Translations under genes and position numbers: made by a program
Assembly (NCBI GenBank): GCA_964387645.1
Contig: CAYLYM010000002.1
Coordinates: forward strand, 642 to 64,641
Source: an uncultured Calditrichaceae bacterium
Lineage (GTDB): Bacteria > Calditrichota > Calditrichia > RBG-13-44-9
DNA: 64,000 nucleotides
Direction: 5' to 3'
The notes under the pieces: generated by a model
What the model saw: only the letters and a program-made list of their open reading frames with translations
The model's database searches: none
Told to the model about the DNA's origin: nothing
Part shown: piece by piece, positions 8,873 to 18,220 of the stretch
Layout of the letters: every line of letters begins with the position of its first letter
How positions within the stretch are numbered: the stretch's first letter is position 1

Positions 8873-10327
8873 ATGGAAAAATACGATATTGGTCTAATAG
8901 GTCTGGCTGTAATGGGGGAAAATTTGGTATTAAATATGGAAAGGCACGGTTTTTCGGTAGCGGTTTATAATCGTACTGTAAGTAAAGTAGATGCTTTTAT
9001 TGAAGGACGTGCCAAAGGGAAAAATATAAAAGGATGCCACAGCATTGAGGAGTTGGTAGCCAGTTTGAAAAAGCCGCGCAAAATTATGCTTCTGGTGAAA
9101 GCTGGAAAACCTGTTGATGATTTTATTGAGCGTCTCATTCCGCATCTTGAGAAAGGTGACATCATTATTGATGGTGGAAACAGTTATTTCCATGATACCA
9201 TTCGACGGACAGAGTATGTGGAGAGCAAGGGATTATTATATATAGGCACTGGAGTGTCTGGTGGAGAAGAAGGTGCTTTAAATGGTCCTTCTCTCATGCC
9301 AGGTGGTTCACCGGAGGCTTGGCCGCATGTTGAGCCTATTTTTAAGAGCATTGCGGCAAAAGTGGCCGATGGTACCCCATGCTGTGAATGGGTGGGTAGC
9401 AATGGTGCTGGACATTTTGTTAAAATGGTGCATAATGGCATAGAATATGGCGATATGCAAATGATCTGCGAAGCGTACTGGATCATGAAAAATGCACTGG
9501 GTTTGACGCCAGAAGAAATGCAACCCATATTCACTGAATGGAATAAAGGTGAATTAAATAGTTATTTGATCGAGATTACCGCAGATATCATGGGAAAGAA
9601 AGATGATGAGACCGGAAAATCCATGCTCGATGTTATTCTTGATACTGCTGGACAGAAAGGAACTGGCAAATGGACTAGTCTGGAGGCGCTTAATCTGGGT
9701 GTTCCTGCACCTACAGTAGTGGAAGCTGTCTTCGCTCGTGCTTTAAGTGCTATCAAAGAAGAACGGGTAGAGGCCTCGAAAATTTTGCATGGGCCTAACA
9801 CAAAATTCGAAGGCGATAAAGAAGAATTCATCGAGATGATCCGCAAAGCACTTTATGCGGCCAAGATATGCTCATACGCCCAGGGATTTCAGATCATGCG
9901 AACTGCTTCTAAAGAATACAATTGGACTCTTAAATTTGGTGATATTGCTTTGATGTGGCGAGGCGGTTGTATCATCAGAGCTCAATTCCTGGATAAAATT
10001 AAAGCAGCATTTGATAAAAATCCTGATTTACCCAACTTGCTTTTAGATGATTATTTCAGAACTGCTATTGAAACGAATCAGGATGCCTGGCGAAAGGTAG
10101 TGGCGAAAGCTGTAGAGTTGGGAATCCCGGTGCCAGCCTTTAGTAGTGCATTAGCCTATTATGATGGATATCGCAGTGAGAGATTACCAGCCAATCTATT
10201 GCAGGCTCAGCGCGATTATTTCGGTGCTCACACTTATGAACGCGTGGATAAGCCGCGCGGCCAATTTTTCCATACTAATTGGACGGGACGTGGTGGAACC
10301 ACTTCTTCTACTACTTATAATGTCTAG
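8873..10327 (+). CDS. gnd: 6-phosphogluconate dehydrogenase, decarboxylating
   Basis: [62 protein letters not shown]. Confidence 0.98.
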   Translation: MEKYDIGLIGLAVMGENLVLNMERHGFSVAVYNRTVSKVDAFIEGRAKGKNIKGCHSIEELVASLKKPRKIMLLVKAGKPVDDFIERLIPHLEKGDIIIDGGNSYFHDTIRRTEYVESKGLLYIGTGVSGGEEGALNGPSLMPGGSPEAWPHVEPIFKSIAAKVADGTPCCEWVGSNGAGHFVKMVHNGIEYGDMQMICEAYWIMKNALGLTPEEMQPIFTEWNKGELNSYLIEITADIMGKKDDETGKSMLDVILDTAGQKGTGKWTSLEALNLGVPAPTVVEAVFARALSAIKEERVEASKILHGPNTKFEGDKEEFIEMIRKALYAAKICSYAQGFQIMRTASKEYNWTLKFGDIALMWRGGCIIRAQFLDKIKAAFDKNPDLPNLLLDDYFRTAIETNQDAWRKVVAKAVELGIPVPAFSSALAYYDGYRSERLPANLLQAQRDYFGAHTYERVDKPRGQFFHTNWTGRGGTTSSTTYNV

Positions 10328-10364
10328 CTGGATATTATATCTATCAAAAATACTGAATTGAAAG

Positions 10365-10395
10365 CAGGAACGATAGGTTATTTCTATCGCTCCTG
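10365..10395 (+). terminator. Intercistronic stem-loop after gnd (terminator or mRNA stabiliser)
   Basis: CAGGAACGATAG / CTATCGCTCCTG, 12 bp with one mismatch and a 7 nt loop; no clear U-tract. Confidence 0.45.
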
Positions 10396-10430
10396 TTCAA
10401 AGTTCAAACAAGTAATTTAAGGAAAACGAG

Positions 10431-11696
10431 ATGTTAATTGGAAAAGGCGCAAAAGATGTCGTTCTTAAAGAAGAGGAAGTTTTCAACCTGTGCGATCAGG
10501 CTTTTTCTCAAAAAGACCTTGATGGGAAAAAATTACTCGTGATTATCCCGGATCATTCTCGAACTGCTCCAATTGATATGATGTTCCGCCTGGTTTATCA
10601 ATTGCTGGCAGATCGGGTTCAACTTTTAGATTTCTTAATTGCTCTGGGAACACATCCCCCCATGAGCGATGAAATGATAAATAAGCGAGTTGGTATTACC
10701 CAGGAAGACCGTGTAACTAAATATCAAAAAGCCCGTTTCTTCAACCATTCTTGGAACGATCCTAATCAACTTCGATTAGCTGGTACGATCACCGAAAAAG
10801 AAGTTGAAGAGATTTCGGAAGGATTGATGCGAGAAGAAGTGGAAGTGACAGTTAACAAAATGATTTACAACTACGATCTGCTGTTGATAATAGGTCCTAC
10901 ATTTCCTCATGAAGTGGTTGGATTCTCTGGTGGAAACAAATATCTTTTTCCAGGAATTGCTGGACAGAAAATAATCGACATGTTTCACTGGTTGGGAGCG
11001 CTTATTACTAGTCCTAGGATCATTGGTACTAAGTATACTCCGGTTAGAAGAGTGGTCGATCGTGCAGCTCAATTTTTACCTGTAGAACGTATGTGTATCA
11101 GTCTGGTGGTCAAAGGTTATGATCTTGCCGGTTTATATATTGGCACACCAGAAGAAGCTTGGGATGCTGCTGCCGATCTGTCCAATCAGCTACACATCAT
11201 CTACAAAGAAAAACCTTTTCATACTGTTTTATCTCGCGCTCCGGAAATGTATGATGATTTATGGACGGGTGGAAAATGTATGTACAAATTAGAACCGGTT
11301 GTAGCGGATGGCGGAGAACTTATCATTTATGCACCGCATATTAAGGAAATATCTGTGACTCATGGAAAAATTATTGAAAAAATTGGTTACCATGTACGCG
11401 ATTATTTCTTAAAGCAAATGGATAAATTCAAAGACATTCCAGGTGGAGTAATGGCGCATTCAACACATGTGCGCGGTATTGGTACTTATGAGAATGGCGT
11501 GGAAAAACCGAGAATTAAAGTAACATTAGCAACTCAAATTCCGGAAGAAGTTTGTCAAAAAATCAACCTTGGTTATCGTGATCCAAGAACAATCAATATT
11601 GCTGATTTTGAGAATAGAGAGGAAGAAGGTATTCTTTATGTTCCCAAAGCTGGAGAAATGCTTTATCGTTTAAAAGACGATCCTTTTTGCAAATAA
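10431..11696 (+). CDS. LarA/DUF2088-family (nickel-pincer-dependent) 2-hydroxy-acid epimerase; candidate D-mannonate/D-gluconate 2-epimerase
   Basis: IIPDHSRT, IALGTHPPM, NHSW, GPTFPHEVVGFSGGNKYLFPG (equivalent to LarA PH..AGFSGGRK with the cofactor Lys kept). Substrate inferred from context only. Confidence 0.75.
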   Translation: MLIGKGAKDVVLKEEEVFNLCDQAFSQKDLDGKKLLVIIPDHSRTAPIDMMFRLVYQLLADRVQLLDFLIALGTHPPMSDEMINKRVGITQEDRVTKYQKARFFNHSWNDPNQLRLAGTITEKEVEEISEGLMREEVEVTVNKMIYNYDLLLIIGPTFPHEVVGFSGGNKYLFPGIAGQKIIDMFHWLGALITSPRIIGTKYTPVRRVVDRAAQFLPVERMCISLVVKGYDLAGLYIGTPEEAWDAAADLSNQLHIIYKEKPFHTVLSRAPEMYDDLWTGGKCMYKLEPVVADGGELIIYAPHIKEISVTHGKIIEKIGYHVRDYFLKQMDKFKDIPGGVMAHSTHVRGIGTYENGVEKPRIKVTLATQIPEEVCQKINLGYRDPRTINIADFENREEEGILYVPKAGEMLYRLKDDPFCK

Positions 11697-11892
11697 CAAT
11701 TCCCAGTGTTAAATCCATTAAAGTGAAAATCATAATTTTAATTTTATTCATCTAAATCGAAAAATATTTTTCTTTTTGCAAAATTAAAGAATGATTATAT
11801 TTAAACAATTCTTTAAAAGAAATATTTCTCAAGGCTAATTTTGAGAAGAAATAGAAGTTAAAAACTTACATGTCGAAATTGGAGGTTAACCG

Positions 11893-13185
11893 ATGGCACA
11901 GAATAAAAATGTTGTTGTTGCCCAATCTGGTGGGCCTTCGCCGGTTATAAATAATTCCTTACGTGGAATTATTGAAACCTGCAAGATGTTTCCAGACAAA
12001 TTTGCTACCATTTATGGCGGTTATCATGGGGTTGAAGGAATTTTAAAGGAAGAACTACTTGATTTATCTGCTCAACCGGAAGAAGAGATTTCTCTTTTAC
12101 GTACAACCCCGGCAGCGGGGTCAATCGGTACTTGCCGTTACAAATTGAGAGAACATCAACAGGAAGATTTCGAACGCGTCATCGAAGTATTTAAAGCACA
12201 TAATGTGGGGTACTTTTTCTACATAGGGGGCAACGACTCGATGGACACCGCCAATAAAGTAGCAAAGTTAGCTCATAAAAGAGGATTAGATCTTGTTGCT
12301 GTGGGTGTGGCAAAGACCATCGATAATGATGTTGGCGATTCTGAATTCAAATTAATCGATCATACACCGGGTTACGGAAGTGTGGCACGCTATTGGGCAC
12401 ATATTATTCAAAATGCCAATGAAGAAAATATGGGATCATCGCCGTCGGATCCTGTATTAGTGATTCAAATGATGGGTCGGAAGATCGGATTTATTCCAGC
12501 GGCCGCACGATTAGCTGATCCCAAACGTGAAATGCCGCTACAAATTTATATGCCAGAATCAAATGTATCTATGGAGGAGTTGGTAGACAATGTAAATGAT
12601 GAACTAAAAAGAAGCGGTCGGGTAATTGTTTGTATCAGTGAAGGGTTTGATGTAGGAGATGTTGGCGCAGTAAAAGATGCTTTCGGCCATACGCAATTCA
12701 GTGCCAGCAAATTGACCGTGGCTCAGATTGTAGTGAATCACTTGAATAGTGTTGGATTAAAAGCCCGTGGTGCAGCTCGAGGCCAGGTACCTGGCACTGA
12801 CCAGAGGGATACCATGATATATGCTTCTACAGTAGATTTAGACGAAGCATACAAAATCGGACAAAATGCAGTTGTTATTGCCATAGAAAGTGGCTCTGGA
12901 TATATGTCTACTTTGAAAAGACGTCCTGGAATTATATACAATGTGGACTATGATAAAGTACCTCTGGAATTGGTGGCCAACTCAGAACGTGAATTTCCAA
13001 AAGAATGGATTGCACCAAACCGGATTGATGTAACAGATGATTTTGTGCGGTATGCTCGGCCCTTGATTGGAGAGGATTGGGTGAGTGTTCCTATTATTAA
13101 TGGTCGGCAGAGATTTACCCGTTTCAAGAAAATTTTTGCTGAGAAAAAACTACCACAATATGTGCCCCAGGCTTATCGATCTTGA
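11893..13185 (+). CDS. pfp: Phosphofructokinase family, probably PPi-dependent
   Basis: AQSGGPSPVIN, GGNDSMDT (Asp in GGxD indicates the PPi type), KTIDND, MGR motifs. Confidence 0.8.
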   Translation: MAQNKNVVVAQSGGPSPVINNSLRGIIETCKMFPDKFATIYGGYHGVEGILKEELLDLSAQPEEEISLLRTTPAAGSIGTCRYKLREHQQEDFERVIEVFKAHNVGYFFYIGGNDSMDTANKVAKLAHKRGLDLVAVGVAKTIDNDVGDSEFKLIDHTPGYGSVARYWAHIIQNANEENMGSSPSDPVLVIQMMGRKIGFIPAAARLADPKREMPLQIYMPESNVSMEELVDNVNDELKRSGRVIVCISEGFDVGDVGAVKDAFGHTQFSASKLTVAQIVVNHLNSVGLKARGAARGQVPGTDQRDTMIYASTVDLDEAYKIGQNAVVIAIESGSGYMSTLKRRPGIIYNVDYDKVPLELVANSEREFPKEWIAPNRIDVTDDFVRYARPLIGEDWVSVPIINGRQRFTRFKKIFAEKKLPQYVPQAYRS

Positions 13186-13223
13186 AAAGATTAAATTATT
13201 GAATAATATAAACGATAAGGAGG

Positions 13224-14117
13224 ATGCAACCAATGACTGACCCGCAGGCTGAATTACGTAATATGGAACCACAGCACGAATACCTTGTGGCTATTGATTC
13301 TGATGGTTGTGCTTTCGACACTATGGAAATCAAGCACAAAGAATGCTTCATTCCCAACATTATTAAATACTGGCACTTGCAACCAGTATCTAAATATGCC
13401 CGTGCTGCTGCTGAATTTGTTAATCTATACTCTAAATGGCGGGGGATTAATCGCTTTCCAGCTCTAATTATGGTTTTTGATTTACTACGCGAATGGCCTG
13501 ATGTCAAGAAACGTCAAGTGGAAATTCCAATAGCACAACCTTTGCGGGATTGGATTCAGCGAGAAACGAAACTTGGTAACCCGGCCTTAAAAGCGGAAGT
13601 AGAACGTACCAATGATCCAGTCCTTAAGCAAGCTCTGGAATGGAGCGAAGCTGTGAATCGTACAGTGGCCGACATTGTACATGGAGTTCCGCCCTTTCCA
13701 TACGTGCGCGAAAGCCTTGAGAAAATTTCCCAATGGGCAGATATCATTGTCTGCTCCGCCACCCCTTACGAAGCCTTAAGAAGAGAGTGGGAAGAGCATG
13801 ATATTGCGAAATATGTACGCGTAATAGCTGGACAGGAAATGGGTAGCAAAAAGGAACATATTCAATTAGCTTCGGAAGGCAAGTATGACAAGGATAAAGT
13901 TTTGATGATAGGTGATGCACCGGGTGATATGAAAGCTGCAAAAGCCAACAATGCCAAATATTTCCCCATTAATCCAGGACATGAGGATGATTCCTGGGAA
14001 TTCTTCTACAAAGAGGCTGCGGATAAATTTTTAAGTGGAGAGTATACGGAGGAATATGAAACGAAACTGGTGGCGGAATTTGAAAAGCTTTTACCTGAAA
14101 AACCTCCCTGGAAGTAG
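13224..14117 (+). CDS. HAD-superfamily hydrolase/phosphatase
   Basis: Motif I DSDGCAFDT, motif II CSAT, motif III K (GSKKEH), motif IV IGDAPGD. Confidence 0.85.
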   Translation: MQPMTDPQAELRNMEPQHEYLVAIDSDGCAFDTMEIKHKECFIPNIIKYWHLQPVSKYARAAAEFVNLYSKWRGINRFPALIMVFDLLREWPDVKKRQVEIPIAQPLRDWIQRETKLGNPALKAEVERTNDPVLKQALEWSEAVNRTVADIVHGVPPFPYVRESLEKISQWADIIVCSATPYEALRREWEEHDIAKYVRVIAGQEMGSKKEHIQLASEGKYDKDKVLMIGDAPGDMKAAKANNAKYFPINPGHEDDSWEFFYKEAADKFLSGEYTEEYETKLVAEFEKLLPEKPPWK

Positions 14118-14150
14118 ATTATATTCCTATCGGCTTTCTTGCAAAAAATT

Positions 14151-14187
14151 CCTGAAGCAGAATGTTCGTAAAACATTCTGCTTCAGG
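14151..14187 (+). terminator. Rho-independent terminator
   Basis: Perfect 16 bp stem CCTGAAGCAGAATGTT / AACATTCTGCTTCAGG, 5 nt loop, followed by TTT; lies just after the HAD gene. Confidence 0.8.
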
Positions 14188-14588
14188 TTTCTGAGGAACA
14201 GTTTATTGACAGAAATTAAAATTTAAGTTCGGTGATATTATCTATAAATTTAAGTTGAATTGCAAGCCAACTATTTTAACTCCAGTGGTTAAAATAATTT
14301 CGTTATTTAGTGTTTATTTAAAATATGAATTTACCACCCCCTGGGTTTTTTAGGGAATTAGGTGATTAAAACTTTCGTAAAAAAGTTACTTAAATTTTCA
14401 TATTAAAGAATGTTACCCGCCTGGTTTTATTACCTCATGAAGTTGATTTGTCCTGCTTTCTTATTGCTATTCATGAATGGATATAAATTCAATCTTTCTT
14501 TAAGTAAAACTCTCGATATTTTTTAAAGAAATGTCGTTAATATTTTATAGAAGTTCCATTTAATAAAGATTTGTGAAAAATAATGGCC

Positions 14589-14617
14589 TTGCAACATGAA
14601 ATGAAAATTGTTAATAT
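14589..14617 (+). promoter_or_regulatory. Putative sigma70 promoter for the GHMP kinase-galU-uxaC unit
   Basis: TTGCAA-17 nt-TAATAT, about 50 nt upstream of the ATG at 14667. Confidence 0.55.
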
Positions 14618-14666
14618 CACATTAAATTAAAAAATTTATGAATAAAAAAACAGATGTTGCAGGCCA

Positions 14667-15662
14667 ATGATTATTGAAACTCATGCTTTTGCCAGGGCAG
14701 GCTTACTTGGTAATCCTTCTGATGGTTATTTCGGAAAAACCATTTCTATTAGTGTTCGAAACTTTGGTGCTCATATTTCTTTATACGAAACGCCTGAATT
14801 GCAGATAATTCCTCAAGAAGTGGATAAAAATGTTTACAGAAATATCCACGAGTTAGTTGAAAATATTAGCCTGACTGGATATTATGGTGGAGAAAGACTC
14901 ATCAAAGCAGCTATTAAAAAGTTTTATGAATACTGCCGGGAAAATAAAATTAAGATTAGTAACCGAAATTTTACCATTCGCTATCATTCTTCAATACCCA
15001 GACAGGTAGGACTTGCTGGTTCTAGTGCTATTATTACTGCCACAATGAAAGCTTTGATGAAATTTTATCAGGTAAAAATCCCATTAGAAATTCTTCCTAA
15101 TGTAGTGCTTTCTGCAGAAGTAGACGAATTGGGAATTAATGCTGGTTTACAAGATCGCGTTATTCAGGCTTATGAAGGATGTGTATATATGGATTTTGAT
15201 AAAAAATATATGGAAAAACATGGTCACGGTAGATATGAGCGGATTAATCCAGAGCTTTTACCCAATCTTTATATTGCCTACAAAACTGACTTAGGTAAAG
15301 TCTCGGGCAAGGTTTTAAATACGATTAAACAGAGATATGACGAAGGGGATGAATTTGTCATCAATACCCTGAACCAGATTGCTGAACTGGCTGAATTGGG
15401 CAGGAAGGCGATTCTGGATCGTGATTATGATAAGTTGAATGAATATATGAACTTGAATTTCGATTTACGCCGCAAAATTATGAATATCAGCGAAAGTAAT
15501 CTGGAACTGGTAGAAACAGCTCGCAAATGTGGTGTATCAGCAAAGTTTTCTGGTTCAGGTGGATCTATTATTGGTATTTACAAAGATGACAAAATGCTAA
15601 CCAGATTGATTGTTAATTTAAAAAAAATTAAAGCTAGAGTCATAAAACCCTATATTGTGTGA
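14667..15662 (+). CDS. GHMP kinase, glucuronokinase-like
   Basis: GHMP motifs IPRQVGLAGSSA and AKFSGSGGS; the N-terminus FARAGLLGNPSDGYFGKTIS matches the plant glucuronokinase N-terminus as I recall it. Confidence 0.8.
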   Translation: MIIETHAFARAGLLGNPSDGYFGKTISISVRNFGAHISLYETPELQIIPQEVDKNVYRNIHELVENISLTGYYGGERLIKAAIKKFYEYCRENKIKISNRNFTIRYHSSIPRQVGLAGSSAIITATMKALMKFYQVKIPLEILPNVVLSAEVDELGINAGLQDRVIQAYEGCVYMDFDKKYMEKHGHGRYERINPELLPNLYIAYKTDLGKVSGKVLNTIKQRYDEGDEFVINTLNQIAELAELGRKAILDRDYDKLNEYMNLNFDLRRKIMNISESNLELVETARKCGVSAKFSGSGGSIIGIYKDDKMLTRLIVNLKKIKARVIKPYIV

Positions 15663-15677
15663 TTAAGGGAGGTAAAT

Positions 15678-16577
15678 ATGGTTAGAAAGGCTGTGATACC
15701 TGCTGCGGGAATGGGTACTCGTTTTTTACCTGCTACCAAAGCACAACCTAAAGAAATGTTGCCCATTATCGATACCCCAACTATTCAATATGTGGTTCAA
15801 GAAGCAGTAGATTCCGGGATTGAAGATATTTTAATTATTACAGGTAAAGGTAAAAGAGCTTTGGAAGATCATTTTGACCGAAACTTTGAATTGGAGGTTT
15901 TATTAGAAAAAAAGAATGAAATGTTTTATTATAATGAAATTCGCCGTATTGCCGATATGGCGAATATTCATTTTATCAGGCAAAAGGAGCTAAATGGGTT
16001 GGGTGATGCCATTTCTTATGCCGCAGATCATATCGGTAATGAGCCGTTTGCGGTTCTTTTAGGCGATACTATTGTCGATTCAGTTATTCCTGTTACTCAA
16101 CAGTTGATCGATATTTATGAACAATTTCGTCAATCAGTGATTGCAGTTGAAGAAGTGCCCGAAGATAAAGTAAATCGTTACGGTATTGTTGGTGGGAAAA
16201 AGATTAGCGATAGAATTCTTGAAGTCGATCAACTAATCGAAAAACCTTCTGTTGAAGAAACTCCATCTAATCTAGCGATTGCTGGAAGGTATATTCTTAC
16301 ACCTGAAATTTTTAAAGCTATTAAACAAACATTTCCTGGTAAAAACAATGAAATTCAATTAACTGATGCATTAAGGATACTTCTCGATAGAGAAAATATT
16401 TATTCATATACTATTGAAGGTAAGCGTTACGACATAGGGAACAAATTGGATTACTTAAAAACAGTGGTTGAGTTTGGATTAAAACGACCGGAATTCAGTG
16501 AGCCTTTTTCTGAATTTCTCCAAGAAATCATCCAATCTCATATTAAAAAGAATCATCAAAATGATACAAATAAGTAA
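15678..16577 (+). CDS. galU: UTP--glucose-1-phosphate uridylyltransferase (GalU family)
   Basis: KAVIPAAGMGTRFLPATKAQPKEMLP, GLGDAI, LLGD, EKP, GRYILTP, NEIQLTDAL. Confidence 0.92.
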   Translation: MVRKAVIPAAGMGTRFLPATKAQPKEMLPIIDTPTIQYVVQEAVDSGIEDILIITGKGKRALEDHFDRNFELEVLLEKKNEMFYYNEIRRIADMANIHFIRQKELNGLGDAISYAADHIGNEPFAVLLGDTIVDSVIPVTQQLIDIYEQFRQSVIAVEEVPEDKVNRYGIVGGKKISDRILEVDQLIEKPSVEETPSNLAIAGRYILTPEIFKAIKQTFPGKNNEIQLTDALRILLDRENIYSYTIEGKRYDIGNKLDYLKTVVEFGLKRPEFSEPFSEFLQEIIQSHIKKNHQNDTNK

Positions 16578-16606
16578 AACTTCACTGTAATAAAAGGGGA
16601 TTTATT

Positions 16607-18025
16607 ATGTCAGAATTTGTTTTGGAAGAAGATCGTTTTTTTGAACCAGATCCGATTATTAGGAAAATAGCTCGCGAACTTTACCAAGAGGTAAAGGATC
16701 TGCCTATTGTTAGTCCACATGGACATGTTGACCCGCGGATTTTGGCTGAAAATACGCCTTTTCCTGATCCGACAGAACTTATTCTTATCCCTGATCATTA
16801 TATTTTCCGAATGCTTTATTCTCAGGGAATTCCTCTGGAATCACTTGGGATTCCTACGATAGACGGGACACCGGTGGAAACGGATCACCGCAAAATCTGG
16901 CAAATTTTTGGAGAGAATTTTTACCTATTTAGGGGAACACCAACTGGTGTCTGGTTAACTCATGAATTTTATGAAGTTTTTGGTATTCGTGAAAAATTAA
17001 CTGGCGAGTCGGCTTTGCGAATCTATGATCAGATTCAGGAAAAACTACAATCACCGGAATATCTACCACGCAGCTTGTATGACCGGTTTAATATTGAGGT
17101 ATTAACTACTACCGATGGAGCAGAAGATACATTGGAATATCATAAGAAAATTCAGAAATCCGATTGGAACGCTCGTATAATTCCATGCTTTCGTCCCGAT
17201 GCAGTCGTCAATATCACAGCTAAAGATTGGAAACAACATATTCACCGGTTGAGCGAAGTGAGTGGCATTGAAATAAATTCTTTTAAAAATTTTATCAAAG
17301 CTCTGGAACAGCGGCGAGAATTTTTCAAGTCCATGGGAGCAGTTTCAACTGACCAGGGTATTGTAAGCCCTTACACGCATGAATTATCGCCGAATGAAGT
17401 GGAAGCTATTTTTCAACGCGCTTTAAAGGGGACCGCTACCGAAGAGGATTGGAATCAATTTACTGCCCACATGTTGATGGAAATGGCAAGAATGAGTGTA
17501 GAAGATGGTCTGGTAATGCAAATCCATCCGGGGTCTTTCCGAAATCACAATAAATTCATCTTTGAACGATTTGGTCTGGATAAAGGCTGTGATATTCCTG
17601 TACAAACAGAATATACTCGAAATTTACATGAATTACTCAACAAATATGGTAACCATCCAAATTTTACGTTGGTTGTTTTCACGTTGGATGAGAGCACTTA
17701 TTCTAGGGAATTAGCACCGTTAGCAGGTCATTATCCGGCTATGAAATTAGGTGCAGCCTGGTGGTTCCATGACAGCATTGAAGGAATGATGCGGTTCAGA
17801 CAACATGTTACCGAGACTGCTGGATTCTATAACACGGTTGGTTTTACTGATGATACGCGAGCTTTCCCGTCCATTCCAGCGCGTCATGATGTAGCCCGAC
17901 GGATCGATGCTAATTTCCTGGCAATTCAAGTATCTAAACACATAATTGACTTAGAAGATGCTCGAACTATCATAAAGGATCTTGCTTATAATATTCCAAA
18001 AAAAGTTTATAAATTAGACAATTAA
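16607..18025 (+). CDS. uxaC: Uronate isomerase (glucuronate/galacturonate isomerase)
   Basis: SPHGHVDP, PDHYIFRMLYSQG, MQIHPG, LGAAWWFHD, GFTDDTRAFPSIPARHDVARR. Confidence 0.95.
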   Translation: MSEFVLEEDRFFEPDPIIRKIARELYQEVKDLPIVSPHGHVDPRILAENTPFPDPTELILIPDHYIFRMLYSQGIPLESLGIPTIDGTPVETDHRKIWQIFGENFYLFRGTPTGVWLTHEFYEVFGIREKLTGESALRIYDQIQEKLQSPEYLPRSLYDRFNIEVLTTTDGAEDTLEYHKKIQKSDWNARIIPCFRPDAVVNITAKDWKQHIHRLSEVSGIEINSFKNFIKALEQRREFFKSMGAVSTDQGIVSPYTHELSPNEVEAIFQRALKGTATEEDWNQFTAHMLMEMARMSVEDGLVMQIHPGSFRNHNKFIFERFGLDKGCDIPVQTEYTRNLHELLNKYGNHPNFTLVVFTLDESTYSRELAPLAGHYPAMKLGAAWWFHDSIEGMMRFRQHVTETAGFYNTVGFTDDTRAFPSIPARHDVARRIDANFLAIQVSKHIIDLEDARTIIKDLAYNIPKKVYKLDN

Positions 18026-18220
18026 GCAGTCGAAAAAGCTTATTTTAAATCAGGTAATTATCCTTATGTTTTGTAAACACTTGAAAAATTAATTTGAAAA
18101 TTTTATGTTAATCATTACTTTATTTGAACATAATTTAAATCTGGAAGATATGTTTGAACTCCCGGATTTGTAGCTTATGAAATAATTTAATTAAAAATTG
18201 ACTAAATTGGAGGAATTGGA

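Noticed and set aside
10431-11696. Bona fide lactate racemase (larA)
   Set aside because: No lar operon genes nearby and the context is hexuronate/aldonate metabolism; family membership is kept, substrate left open.
11776-11801. Promoter candidates upstream of pfp (TTGCAA) and of the AGE gene (TTGACA at 55490)
   Set aside because: No -10 hexamer at acceptable spacing.
14410-14526. 38-aa hydrophobic ORF (MLPAWFYYLMKLICPAFLLLFMNGYKFNLSLSKTLDIF) in the 550-nt spacer
   Set aside because: No convincing SD, AT-rich DNA readily yields hydrophobic ORFs, and an in-frame stop just upstream argues against a longer remnant; would need conservation evidence.
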